A stretch of DNA of 32,000 nucleotides from Raphidiopsis brookii D9. GTDB taxonomy: Bacteria > Cyanobacteriota > Cyanobacteriia > Cyanobacteriales > Nostocaceae. The translations under genes were made by a program, and so were the position numbers. The notes beneath the pieces are model-generated. The model was not told the origin of the DNA. It ran no database searches and saw only the letters and a list, made by a program, of their open reading frames with translations. Location of the stretch: positions 1 through 32,000 of the forward strand of contig ACYB01000047.1 in the NCBI GenBank assembly GCA_000175855.1. Reading direction: 5' to 3'. This document shows, one piece after another, positions 10,301 through 18,483 of this stretch; the stretch's first letter is position 1, and every line of letters starts with the position of its first letter.

Positions 10301-11625
10301 TTACTAGAAATGCCTACGCTGGACCAACCTTAATTATTGCCCCAACTTCTGTGTGCATGAACTGGGTCGTGGAAGCAAATAAATTTGCTCCTACCCTCAA
10401 TGTTATTCAGTTCGGTGCCAACACTCGTATTAGCGATCGCATGTTACCTGACAAAGATTTAGATGGAGAGGAGATACCAGTTATTTCTAGTCGGCAAAAA
10501 TTATTGGACCAGTTACAACCCTTAGATATGTTGGTATGTAGTTATGGTTTACTGCAACAGGATGATGTGGCTAGAATGCTATCTCAGGTAGAATGGCAAA
10601 CCATAGTTCTAGATGAAGCTCAAGCTATCAAAAACCTGCATACTAAACGTTCCCAAGCTGCAATGGGTCTCAAAGGTAATTTTAAGTTAATTACTACTGG
10701 AACCCCCATTGAGAATCATTTGGGTGAATTATGGAATTTGTTCCGTTTTATTAATCCTGGGTTATTGGGTTCTTTTGATAGCTTTAATCAGCGGTTTTCT
10801 ACACCAATTGAAAAACATCAAGACAAACAAGCGAGAAATAAACTGAAAAAACTAATTCAGCCATTTTTGCTGCGGCGGACAAAAAGTCAAGTGTTGCAAG
10901 AGTTACCTTCTCGTACGGAAATTCTCCTTCATGTAGAATTGAGTCGGGAGGAAAAGATGTTTTATGAAGCTTTACGTCGTCAAGCCATTTCCAAACTGAA
11001 TGAAAGTGATGCAGATCCGGGTAGAAAGCATTTGCAAGTTCTGGCAGAAATTATGAGATTACGTCGCGCTTGCTGTAGTCCCAGTTTGGTCATGCCTGAT
11101 ATTAATTTATCTAGTTCTAAATTACAGTTGCTGGGTGAACTGCTGGCGGAACTGCTGGAAAATCATCACAAAGCATTAGTATTTAGTCAGTTTGTAGATC
11201 ATTTACACATCATCCGTAATTATCTGGAGAGGAAAAGTATTAAATATCAATATCTAGATGGTAGTACGCCCATGGCAGAAAGGAAAAGAAGTGTGGACAG
11301 TTTTCAAGCTGGAGACGGGGATGTATTTCTCATTAGCTTGAAAGCAGGAGGCACAGGATTAAATTTGACAGCTGCTGATTATGTGATTCACACAGATCCC
11401 TGGTGGAATCCAGCTGTTGAAGATCAAGCTTCTGACCGCGCCCACAGGATTGGACAGGAACGCCCTGTTACTATTTATAGACTAGTAGCAAAGGATACTA
11501 TTGAAGACAAGATTGTAGAATTACATCATCACAAGCGAGACTTGGCGGATACTTTATTGGAGGGTACTGATATGAGTGGTAAGATTTCCATGGAGGCTCT
11601 ATTACAATTGATTAATGATAGTTAA
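7342..11625 (+). CDS. SNF2-family DEAD/DEAH-box helicase with a long N-terminal region of unknown function
   Basis: 1427-aa ORF. The C-terminal ~480 aa carry SNF2 ATPase motifs: LRDYQMEGF, ADQMGLGKT, VLDEAQAIKN, TGTPIENHLGELW, LRRTK and SLKAGGTGLNLTAADYVIHTDPWWNPAVEDQASDRAHRIGQ. I cannot assign a motif to the N-terminal ~940 aa. Confidence 0.85.
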   Translation: MTNHRSPTKNKQADLLENYLKLSSAHQNILQILSIIYEKIDKSSILPCLVAASLSDERNVPWNAKSLNRQVDSLAEQDLLVQGPKNIVECHPLIKEGVIRHTIETENFELLVAAVEEKLPIRNALIKGRRSFANLHQCVREIRIGIYRGDTDFVYKQIDDYHHLKGEYESTKKLINYVSEEVCNNPFDPTWFVKLPPELYEIFMTNILFNSALNLSNCQEVFCLLEEECENSGKHSSNHTYSILIEQFLLRACTEEAEESLKHIKDVSITRNNGFWGWLSFLQGKNDQAIQYYSDGLETQRKMIGKHQIYFNSIAGLFFILALLKEGSAKSLSKAEEYANILSQSSHFLSLIYKNLTVLLQVHQGNISAKKTLLEEANFTSLKGKNSLELLFYSLCIYWLDIEVARKLLPKVLQKLYSSAVFSGYHWLAIEAANLLARIDPHSNYQIRAQTLQEYTNIETIVDILQPQEEWEIRLQALAGMQKESQTINQSDTGTRLVWLVKFDSGKCFLQPKEQKNTVKGEWSKGRQIALRRLSTNLSELNYITFQDVKVCSCIEVSNYRSYHNKSEYQFNERAILALIGHPLVFWEDAPNIRVEIVKGEMEFLVKKDGQDHLTIELSPKITTDNITCIKETPTRIKVIEITPEHRRIGEILGYENKLTVPRIAEKNILAAINGVSGIVTVHSDISGNVEGIEELPAQTLPYIHLLPTNTGLKVSLLSHPFTEGGPYFHPGIGGETVIAEIGGKRLQTRRNLSQERELAQYVIDNCPTLMSVNEQGSEWLIEDPDNCLELLLELQALKDKIVVEWPQGEKMRVSYHADLKDFNLSIERQKDWFAATGELKLSEDLVLDMEQLLQLLEKTPGRFIPMGDGEFLALSEVFRKQLDELRLFSEKHGKKLMFHPLAASNLEEFVDNVGNLKADKHWKQHISRLKEVQSLQPELPSTFQAELRDYQMEGFCWLARLAHWGVGACLADQMGLGKTIQALAIITRNAYAGPTLIIAPTSVCMNWVVEANKFAPTLNVIQFGANTRISDRMLPDKDLDGEEIPVISSRQKLLDQLQPLDMLVCSYGLLQQDDVARMLSQVEWQTIVLDEAQAIKNLHTKRSQAAMGLKGNFKLITTGTPIENHLGELWNLFRFINPGLLGSFDSFNQRFSTPIEKHQDKQARNKLKKLIQPFLLRRTKSQVLQELPSRTEILLHVELSREEKMFYEALRRQAISKLNESDADPGRKHLQVLAEIMRLRRACCSPSLVMPDINLSSSKLQLLGELLAELLENHHKALVFSQFVDHLHIIRNYLERKSIKYQYLDGSTPMAERKRSVDSFQAGDGDVFLISLKAGGTGLNLTAADYVIHTDPWWNPAVEDQASDRAHRIGQERPVTIYRLVAKDTIEDKIVELHHHKRDLADTLLEGTDMSGKISMEALLQLINDS

Positions 11626-11668
11626 GTAATCATTCTGTATTACTGGCAATATTGAACAGGTTTACCGG

Positions 11669-11688
11669 GGTTTAGACTTGACTAAACC
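11669..11688. terminator. Hairpin between the convergent SNF2 and GT2 genes
   Basis: GGTTTAG (11669-11675) and CTAAACC (11682-11688) form a 7-bp stem with a 6-nt loop. The hairpin sits about 10 nt beyond the stop of the frameshift-corrected GT2 reading frame (11698). Confidence 0.35.
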
Positions 11689-11806
11689 ATGTTATTTCTA
11701 AATAGCTCTCTTAAATATATCATTGTAAGCCTGATAAACACCTTTAACATTGTACCAGTTCAGAAAGATTCTGGCTATTTCTAAAGCAAGCTGTGGCTTA
11801 CCTAAA

Positions 11807-12637
11807 TCAATTAACCACTGCAACAGGGGAGCCATTGGTTTTTTCATTTAATAGCCCGTTTAAAGATAGTAATCCCCATAGCAACCGGTGAAAGAACGTC
11901 ATTTGAATCATCATTTTCACTTCCCAGGTGGGATGTTTCTGATAAAACAAAACCCCCATCTTTCCCCTTTGAATTTCCTTGTCAATTAAATTGTGAATTT
12001 GTTGCAAATTAAAGGGTGGGTGCCAATGATAACCTACTGCTTGGGGACATTTGATTAGTTGTAAACCCAGTTTTTTTAACCTCACACCTAATTCTAAATC
12101 CTCCCAACCATATAACTGGAAACCTGTGTCAAACAAACCTGCTTTCTCTAACCAGTGTTTGGGAATTGCTACATTACCCGTGGCAAAAAAAGCTGCGGAA
12201 AAATCCGTGATTTTATAAGGTTCGGCGGTGGGATCCTCAAAATTACAAGTGTTAATTACCGCACCATAGGTAAATAGGCGATCGCCACCTAGTCTTTTCC
12301 TTCCTTGAGTTAAAGCATCACTATGAGCATCTAAGAAGTTTGATAGAACTACTAAATCGCTGTCAATAAAAATAATTGTATCCCCCATAGAATTTTGCAC
12401 TCCTAAGTTTCGTGCTGCTGCTGGACCTGCATGATCCTGTTGAAAGCAGCGAACATGGGGAAATAGGTCTTGATGTTTTGCTAACCAGTCCAAAGTGCCA
12501 TCAGTGGATCCATCATCTACCAGAACCACTTCGTAACCTGTAACTTGACTGGTGTAACTCTGGTTTTCTAAAGCGGTAAGACACTTTTGTAAAATTGGTA
12601 GTCGGTTGTAAGTGGGAATAATAACACTAAAGAACAC
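11807..12637 (-). CDS. Family 2 glycosyltransferase. The C-terminus is probably altered by a 1-nt indel, and the corrected frame would end at 11698
   Basis: 276-aa ORF with a GT2 signature (FSVIIPTYNR...LVDDGSTDGT...IFIDSDL). A second frame continues stop-free for about 50 codons after an A6 run in mRNA sense (plus-strand T run 11839-11844). It reads ...PMAPLLQWLIDLGKPQLALEIARIFLNWYNVKGVYQAYNDIFKRAI* and ends at 11698. Confidence 0.85.
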   Translation of the reverse strand: MFFSVIIPTYNRLPILQKCLTALENQSYTSQVTGYEVVLVDDGSTDGTLDWLAKHQDLFPHVRCFQQDHAGPAAARNLGVQNSMGDTIIFIDSDLVVLSNFLDAHSDALTQGRKRLGGDRLFTYGAVINTCNFEDPTAEPYKITDFSAAFFATGNVAIPKHWLEKAGLFDTGFQLYGWEDLELGVRLKKLGLQLIKCPQAVGYHWHPPFNLQQIHNLIDKEIQRGKMGVLFYQKHPTWEVKMMIQMTFFHRLLWGLLSLNGLLNEKTNGSPVAVVN

Positions 12638-12781
12638 TAGTTCACCTAGAATGTGATTTTAATGGCAACCAAAGTCAGGGTTTGTTGATGGATAATAAAC
12701 GCTCTAATTATAGTAAATTGTATACTAAAATGGCAATGTTTTAAGAATCATCAATCAATGTTGTTCTAACTGGAGAAATTA

Positions 12782-13984
12782 ATGGGTCGCGCCAAAAAGG
12801 TTGTTTTAGCATACTCCGGTGGAGTAGATACCTCCGTTTGTATCCCCTACCTACAACATGAGTGGGGAGTGGAAGAAGTTATTACCCTAGCAGCAGATTT
12901 AGGCCAGGGAGACGAATTAGAGCCAGTCAAAGAAAAGGCCTTAAAATCCGGTGCCAGTGAATCTTTGGTAGCAGATGTTAAAGAAAGTTTTGTCCAAGAC
13001 TACGCATTTCCCGCGATTCAAGCTAATGCTCTCTATGAAAATCGCTATCCCCTGGGAACAGCTCTCGCTAGACCATTAATCGCTAAGGTACTAGTAGAAA
13101 CTGCCGAAAAGTATGGTGCAGATGCGATCGCTCATGGTTGTACTGGCAAAGGTAATGATCAAGTTCGCTTTGATGTTTCCTGTGCTGCACTGAACCCGAG
13201 GTTAAAGATTCTGGCACCTGCTAGAGAATGGGGAATGAGTAGGGAAGAAACCATTGCCTACGGTGAAAAATTCGGTATTCCAGCACCTGTGAAAAAATCC
13301 TCCCCCTATAGTATTGACAAAAATCTACTAGGTCGGAGTATAGAAGCTGGTATATTAGAAGACCCAGCTAATGAACCGCCCGAGGAAATTTATGAAATGA
13401 CTAAAGCTGTAGGTGATGCTCCCAATGAACCGGAATATCTGGAAATTGGCTTTGAAAAGGGCATTCCCGTTACTATTAATGGAACCGTCAAAACACCAGT
13501 ACAGCTAATTCAAGAAATCAACGCCATAGCTGGCAATCATGGTATTGGACGTATTGATATGATTGAAAATAGACTGGTGGGAATTAAATCGCGGGAAATT
13601 TATGAATCACCAGCTATGTTGGTATTGATCAATGCCCATCGAGATTTAGAAAGTCTGACTCTGACTGCTGATGTGACACAGTACAAGCGTGGTCTTGAAG
13701 AAACTTATACTAAGCTCGTATATAATGGACTTTGGTATAGTCCATTAAAAAATGCTATAGATGCCTTTATACAGCAAACACAAACCCAAGTTTCTGGAGT
13801 AGTACGTCTAAAGCTGTTCAAAGGCAATGCTACTATAGTGGGACGTTGGAGTCAAAATACTTTGTACACACCAGACCTAGCAACCTATGGAGCGGAGGAT
13901 CAATTTGATCACAAAGCTGCGGAAGGCTTCATTTATGTTTGGGGTTTACCAACCCGAATTTGGGCCCAACACAGCAGGGACTAG
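12782..13984 (+). CDS. argG: Argininosuccinate synthase
   Basis: 400-aa ORF with the N-terminal ATP-binding motif [11 protein letters not shown], the [12 protein letters not shown] motif, and full length. Confidence 0.95.
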   Translation: MGRAKKVVLAYSGGVDTSVCIPYLQHEWGVEEVITLAADLGQGDELEPVKEKALKSGASESLVADVKESFVQDYAFPAIQANALYENRYPLGTALARPLIAKVLVETAEKYGADAIAHGCTGKGNDQVRFDVSCAALNPRLKILAPAREWGMSREETIAYGEKFGIPAPVKKSSPYSIDKNLLGRSIEAGILEDPANEPPEEIYEMTKAVGDAPNEPEYLEIGFEKGIPVTINGTVKTPVQLIQEINAIAGNHGIGRIDMIENRLVGIKSREIYESPAMLVLINAHRDLESLTLTADVTQYKRGLEETYTKLVYNGLWYSPLKNAIDAFIQQTQTQVSGVVRLKLFKGNATIVGRWSQNTLYTPDLATYGAEDQFDHKAAEGFIYVWGLPTRIWAQHSRD

Positions 13985-13998
13985 TAAGTATGGGCAGC

Positions 13999-14028
13999 AG
14001 GTGACAGAGATATAATCTCTCATCACCT
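13999..14028. terminator. Hairpin between the convergent argG and DedA genes
   Basis: AGGTGA/TCACCT (6 bp) plus AGAGA/TCTCT (5 bp) around a TATAA loop with a small internal loop. Neither side has a clear U-tract. Confidence 0.35.
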
Positions 14029-14034
14029 TGTTGC

Positions 14035-14661
14035 CTACTCGCCTAAATGTTTAACTTGACGTGACTCCCACCAAATGGGGAGTACAATCACTAAAACCAT
14101 AATAATTAAGGCCAATATAGCAAATTGGCTCACCCAAGCAACCAATTGTTCCAGAGAAACTATTTTGCCCGCAAAAAATGCTAAGGTGACCATTACAGTA
14201 GCCCAAGCGGAAGCACCAGCTAAGTTATATACTAAAAATTTGCCAAATGGCATTTCCGCAATACCAGCTAGGGGAGAAGCAAAAATCCTCAATAAGGCAA
14301 AAAATCTACCAAAAAACACCGTCTTTCCAGCATTTTCACTAAATTGGTCCTTAATACTAACTAGTCGCTCTTCAGATATGCGGAATATCTTTCCCGCTTG
14401 TACTAGTAATGACCAACCACCAAGTTTACCAATCCAATAACCACAGATGCCACCAATTACAGCACCTGTAACAGCATCAACCAAAACTAGCCAGTAATTA
14501 AGCTCATCACTACCGGCTAAGAAACCTCCCACCAAGGTTAGGGTTTCACCGGGTAGAGGAATGCCCAAATTTTCTAGCAAAATTCCCACGAAAACTGCCC
14601 AGTAACCGTAGGTTTGGGCAAATTCTTGGATTTTTTCCAGTGAAAATAATTCCAAAGACAT
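14035..14661 (-). CDS. DedA/VTT-family membrane protein
   Basis: 208-aa ORF with multiple hydrophobic segments and a DedA-type motif (ENLGIPLPGETLTLVGGFLA...GRF...LR). Confidence 0.85.
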   Translation of the reverse strand: MSLELFSLEKIQEFAQTYGYWAVFVGILLENLGIPLPGETLTLVGGFLAGSDELNYWLVLVDAVTGAVIGGICGYWIGKLGGWSLLVQAGKIFRISEERLVSIKDQFSENAGKTVFFGRFFALLRIFASPLAGIAEMPFGKFLVYNLAGASAWATVMVTLAFFAGKIVSLEQLVAWVSQFAILALIIMVLVIVLPIWWESRQVKHLGE

Positions 14662-14971
14662 CCAACACCACCGACTTTATACAATTCTACATCTTAGAAT
14701 ATTTTCTTACTTATTTGTCAAATTACCATTGGTTTCCATCCTTGAATCTTCGAATCGTTAAGTTGGCTACTGAAATTTGGCAAATTTTATGCTTATACTA
14801 TGTATCAGTCAATTTGAAATCCAAATTTATACTTTTTATGTTTTTCCCATGATCAGCAAATATTATAATAGAATTATTCCCAATCGATCTGAGAACCATT
14901 GAAAAACAGTGTAAACATTGTAAATACTTTCGGACATTTCAACCCTCCCGTTCAATTATCCAGTTAAAATC

Positions 14972-15319
14972 ATGACTCTTACACAAGAACGCCAAGTGAT
15001 TTTGTTCCAACCCCAGGGAAGCATCAACTTACAAGTTGGTACTGACCTGAGCCAGAGGATGGCTAAAATTCTCCCTAGCCCTGATCAGCTATGGGTTATA
15101 GATTTAGCTAAGGTTGATTTTATGGATAGCTCGGGTTTAGTTCCCCTGGTTCAAGCACTGAAAATTGTGCGTGAGACTGGTTGCCGTTTGGTGATTTGCA
15201 ATGTACAAGCCCCCGTTAGGCTAGTATTAGAACTAACTCACCTAGACTCCGTGTTTGAGATAGTTAACAATTACCATATACCCGACTCAATTCCTACTCT
15301 TGTCTCTAGTACACTCTAG
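14972..15319 (+). CDS. STAS-domain protein (anti-sigma-factor antagonist family)
   Basis: 115-aa ORF with the STAS pattern (VIDLAKVDFMDSSGLVPLV.A......GCRLVICNVQ..V..VLELT.LD.VFEI). No partner kinase or phosphatase is adjacent. Confidence 0.8.
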   Translation: MTLTQERQVILFQPQGSINLQVGTDLSQRMAKILPSPDQLWVIDLAKVDFMDSSGLVPLVQALKIVRETGCRLVICNVQAPVRLVLELTHLDSVFEIVNNYHIPDSIPTLVSSTL

Positions 15320-15376
15320 AATGTGTCATAATCATCCAGATTTTAATTAAACACTTTAGATCAAAACTACACCTGC

Positions 15377-15455
15377 AGCTACCTATAAATAGGCGGATGG
15401 GAGCCAGGAGGACTAACCAACAACCACTTTTGTCCGTCTTTCTTATAGAGTAGCT
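15377..15455. terminator. Long imperfect hairpin between the convergent STAS and coiled-coil genes
   Basis: The helices are AGCTAC/GTAGCT, CTATAA/TTATAG and AGGCGGA/TCCGTCT (one G-U pair). They total about 19 bp with small internal loops and an apical loop of roughly 30 nt. ATTTT follows on the plus strand. Confidence 0.35.
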
Positions 15456-15471
15456 ATTTTCAAAAACGAAT

Positions 15472-16020
15472 TTAAGGTTGCGCAGGAGAATTATGTAAAC
15501 TAGTATCAGTAAAATTGGGTAGGTCTATACCACTATGGGTTGAGTGGCGAGTTTTTAAGGCTAGTCTGTAACTAACACTTTGCAACTCTGCTTGCAGTTG
15601 GCGATTTTCTGTTTCTAGCATAGCCATTTTTTCCTGTACTGGATTCATTCTTTCTTCAAATTTTTGACTATAAATTTGTGGTAGTTCCTGTACCACCTGC
15701 TCTAACATGCGGCTGCGATCAGTTAATTCTTGAACTGACTGTCTTAGCTGATGAATCTCAGCATCACGGGTAGAAATTTGTTCCTGATAAAATGTTACCT
15801 GCTCCTCCATGGCTTGCAGTTGATTTTGCAATGCAGTTATTTGTCCGGTATTACCCTTTAATTCTTTCTGTTGAGGTGCAAAATTGCTATTACCTTTGAC
15901 CAGTCGAAATAATTCTTGGGATAACTGCTGTACTAATTGATCTCTCAGTTGCAGGTCTTGACGCAACTGTAACACTTCCGTAGCCAGCTGTTGAATGTTG
16001 GGATTCTCGGATTCAGTCAC
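15472..16020 (-). CDS. Gln/Leu-rich coiled-coil protein of unknown function
   Basis: 182-aa ORF with heptad-like Q/L/E repeats through most of its length. It lies on the same strand as rpsF, downstream of it. Confidence 0.6.
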   Translation of the reverse strand: MTESENPNIQQLATEVLQLRQDLQLRDQLVQQLSQELFRLVKGNSNFAPQQKELKGNTGQITALQNQLQAMEEQVTFYQEQISTRDAEIHQLRQSVQELTDRSRMLEQVVQELPQIYSQKFEERMNPVQEKMAMLETENRQLQAELQSVSYRLALKTRHSTHSGIDLPNFTDTSLHNSPAQP

Positions 16021-16090
16021 GGTGGTTTATATCTCTTAGGTTGTTAAAATTAATTACCACTTAGTTATACTTGGCGTTTTCTGGCGTTTT

Positions 16091-16109
16091 CCCGCCTTTT
16101 TAAGGCGGG
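16091..16109 (-). terminator. Hairpin downstream of rpsF
   Basis: CCCGCCT (16091-16097) and AGGCGGG (16103-16109) form a perfect GC-rich 7-bp stem with a 5-nt loop, about 75 nt after the rpsF stop. No U-tract follows on the minus strand. A TGGCGTTTTC x2 tandem (16072-16091) flanks it. Confidence 0.4.
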
Positions 16110-16183
16110 TAATTTAGTCTGTGATTAGATTCGTTTGTAAATGCCCGTCTAATCGATTAGGATAATGTTCTATTCGACATTGG

Positions 16184-16510
16184 TTAGGTCGTCACTGCTT
16201 CGCTGCTAGGCGCTATAGCTTTCACTCCCTGTTTAACAGTTAGGTAACGAATAACATCTTCATTTAGACGCATGCTACGCTCAAAAACAGCAATAGCACT
16301 TGCAGGAGCTGTATAGTTAAACTGGACATAGACACCATCACGATGGCGATTTATTTCGTAAGCAAGACGACGCTTGCCACGGTTTTGAACTTCTAAATTC
16401 TCTGCGCCCTGTTCGTTCAACAGGTTTTGGTATTTAACGATGGCCTGGTCTACCTGGTCGTCTCCCAAATCAGAACGGAGAATGTAGGTCGTTTCGTAAA
16501 CTGTAGTCAT
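16184..16510 (-). CDS. rpsF: 30S ribosomal protein S6
   Basis: 108-aa ORF with a typical S6 sequence (YETTYILR......V......Y...L...GA......[10 protein letters not shown]....DG.YV..N). Confidence 0.93.
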   Translation of the reverse strand: MTTVYETTYILRSDLGDDQVDQAIVKYQNLLNEQGAENLEVQNRGKRRLAYEINRHRDGVYVQFNYTAPASAIAVFERSMRLNEDVIRYLTVKQGVKAIAPSSEAVTT

Positions 16511-16668
16511 GTGTTGTTATTTTCCTTATGGGCAACAAAGGCTGCTGATGTAGACATGCGTGCTGAGTAACCTGATAGGTTACCGGACATCCCACATCGG
16601 AAGCAACAAGGAATTACAATGGTAGCAGTTTTCAGTTCCATTGTCTAACTCAAATTATGGCATAAATT

Positions 16669-17448
16669 ATGGCACAACGGTACGTGCGAGTTAAAAGTCA
16701 GGAAGGAAGGATTTACTACGGGTCACTAGAAATATCCCTGAGTGTGATAGTTTTAGATGGCCCCCCTTGGTTGGAGGGAGAACCGACGGGGTTGATTTTG
16801 GAACCAGGTAAATATCAATTGCTGGCCCCCTGTTTGCCTTCTAAGGTTGTTGCTGTAGGTAAGAATTATGTTGACCACGCAGCTGAAATGGGTGGATCTG
16901 TTCCCTGTGAACCCCTGATTTTTTTGAAACCACCCACCACGGTCATTGCTTCGGAGATGGATATTCAATATCCCCGTCAGTCACAACGGGTAGACTATGA
17001 GGGTGAGTTGGCACTAGTTATTGGCGATCGCACTTGTGATTGTTCACCACAGGATGCTCAAAGCAAGATTTGGGGTTATACCATTGCTAATGATGTCACT
17101 GCTCGGGATTTACAAGGTAAGGACTCCCAATGGACTAGAGCTAAGGGTTTTGACACCTTTTGCCCTCTGGGTCCTTGGATTGTCCGGGAATTAAATCCTG
17201 GTGCTAGATTACAAACCTTCCTCAATGATCAGTCTGACCCCGTTCAATCTGCTTCTATTGATCAAATGGTCTTCCCTCCCGATATGTTAGTTTCTTATAT
17301 TAGTCAAGTTATGACCCTTATACCGGGTGATGTAATCCTGACTGGAACTCCATCCGGTATAGGTCCATTAAATTTGGGCGATCGCGTGTCCGTGGAGATT
17401 GAAGGAATTGGCAGGTTAGAAAATATAGTTGTTGCCAGGTATAGTTAA
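16669..17448 (+). CDS. Fumarylacetoacetate hydrolase (FAH) family protein
   Basis: 259-aa ORF with FAH-family motifs (VGKNY.DHA.EMG...P..P..FLKP...V........YP......DYEGELALVIG; PGD.ILTGTP.G.GPL..GD). Confidence 0.88.
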   Translation: MAQRYVRVKSQEGRIYYGSLEISLSVIVLDGPPWLEGEPTGLILEPGKYQLLAPCLPSKVVAVGKNYVDHAAEMGGSVPCEPLIFLKPPTTVIASEMDIQYPRQSQRVDYEGELALVIGDRTCDCSPQDAQSKIWGYTIANDVTARDLQGKDSQWTRAKGFDTFCPLGPWIVRELNPGARLQTFLNDQSDPVQSASIDQMVFPPDMLVSYISQVMTLIPGDVILTGTPSGIGPLNLGDRVSVEIEGIGRLENIVVARYS

Positions 17449-17458
17449 TAACTGAGTA

Positions 17459-17935
17459 CTAACGTACTTGAATGTGAACCGCTTCTGAAATAGCTGGTAT
17501 TTCTGGATAGCGACCATTTAAGGACTGAAATACGGAATAGACAACACAGGCAAATATCCCTAAAAATATGGTATTTTCCAGGATTTCCCCTGCAAAGTCG
17601 CTGCTGGGAATAGTCCCAAATATTCTCAGTAGTATGGAAGACAAAAATATAACTATATCTAAAAGGATTGCCTGCATGGCATTAAAGCGAATAAAATGGC
17701 TAACTTTTTCATTTCTGACCACAAAAAGGAACAGGGCGAAAAACACTAGGATTTGACCATACCCGGATGCCTGATAAACCGTAGCAATTGGTAGTATTGG
17801 TAACAAAAGTACTCCTAGGATGGGAAAGTGTTGCAGTAAAAACCTGCTGAAACCCAGACTATCAACTAAGGGTAGTAAATAGGGTAAACAGGCAAAGATT
17901 CTGTCAGGAATAGTAATGGATCCGCGCCAAGACAT
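17459..17935 (-). CDS. Tic20-family membrane protein
   Basis: 158-aa ORF with four hydrophobic segments and the Tic20-type motif FIRFNAMQAILLDI. Confidence 0.85.
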   Translation of the reverse strand: MSWRGSITIPDRIFACLPYLLPLVDSLGFSRFLLQHFPILGVLLLPILPIATVYQASGYGQILVFFALFLFVVRNEKVSHFIRFNAMQAILLDIVIFLSSILLRIFGTIPSSDFAGEILENTIFLGIFACVVYSVFQSLNGRYPEIPAISEAVHIQVR

Positions 17936-18093
17936 TGTGATTTCTCCCGTGTTGCAATTTTGATAATTATGTTGACTTTGATAATTTTATGCCAACTTAT
18001 GGTTATGGCATAATTTCTTTTAGCGATCTTTTAAGATTGGGATATTGGGATATTAGGAATAAGAATCTATATCTCCCGATTGTTCAAATTTTC

Positions 18094-18321
18094 TTAACGA
18101 ATATTAGCCAGTCTAAAGCCCATTACACACTCATACTGTTCCGCTTGGTGTTCTGTAAACTTTTTTACAGCTTGCCCACAACTTAACCTACCTTCATGCC
18201 AACGGGGTTGACCGCCATTATCGGCAAGTAGGCAAGATTGACAAACTTGCCCCGGGGGAAAGATTTGATTGTCTGTTATAAAAAGATTTGATTGTCTGTT
18301 ATAATAACTAACATTACCCAC
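18094..18321 (-). CDS. Candidate small Cys-containing protein with a GTG start. Its 5' end is disturbed by a 23-bp tandem duplication
   Basis: 75-codon ORF in an otherwise AT-rich 548-bp gap. The C-terminal 50 aa have a protein-like composition and contain a CQSC pair plus two further single Cys (CQSC...WHEGRLSCGQ...YECVMGF). There is no ATG start and no well-spaced SD. I do not recognise the family. Confidence 0.35.
   Translation of the reverse strand: MGNVSYYNRQSNLFITDNQIFPPGQVCQSCLLADNGGQPRWHEGRLSCGQAVKKFTEHQAEQYECVMGFRLANIR
18259..18304. repeat. Perfect 23-bp tandem duplication (2 copies)
   Basis: AAAGATTTGATTGTCTGTTATAA occurs at 18259-18281 and again at 18282-18304, with every base identical. 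Confidence 0.95.
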
Positions 18322-18483
18322 ACCTCCATCGCTTTAGTATCAGGGACCAGAGGAAATTTTTTCGCACCCGTTCCTATTGTATACTATAATCGCAATGTAT
18401 GAAAGAATCTCAGCGTTATCGCACCCTAATTTATGGCTGGTGAGGTTTTGGTAGTACGATTGGGATAATTAAGGATAATTATT

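Noticed and set aside
12713-12725. An NtcA-like palindrome, GTAaattgtaTAC, upstream of argG.
   Set aside because: The spacing is N7, not the GTA-N8-TAC of NtcA sites. Such a match is easy to get by chance in AT-rich promoter DNA.
18037-18058. Short tandem repeats: TTGGGATA x2 followed by a degenerate third unit at 18037-18058, ATAATAAGTC x2 at 4907-4926, and TGGCGTTTTC x2 at 16072-16091.
   Set aside because: These are real but tiny, with two copies each, and they sit in intergenic DNA. Nothing indicates a function beyond slippage-type duplication or possible promoter architecture.
18322-18483. A possible ZTP/THF-type riboswitch upstream of glyA.
   Set aside because: I could not find the conserved GC-rich core elements of those riboswitch classes in this AT-rich leader.
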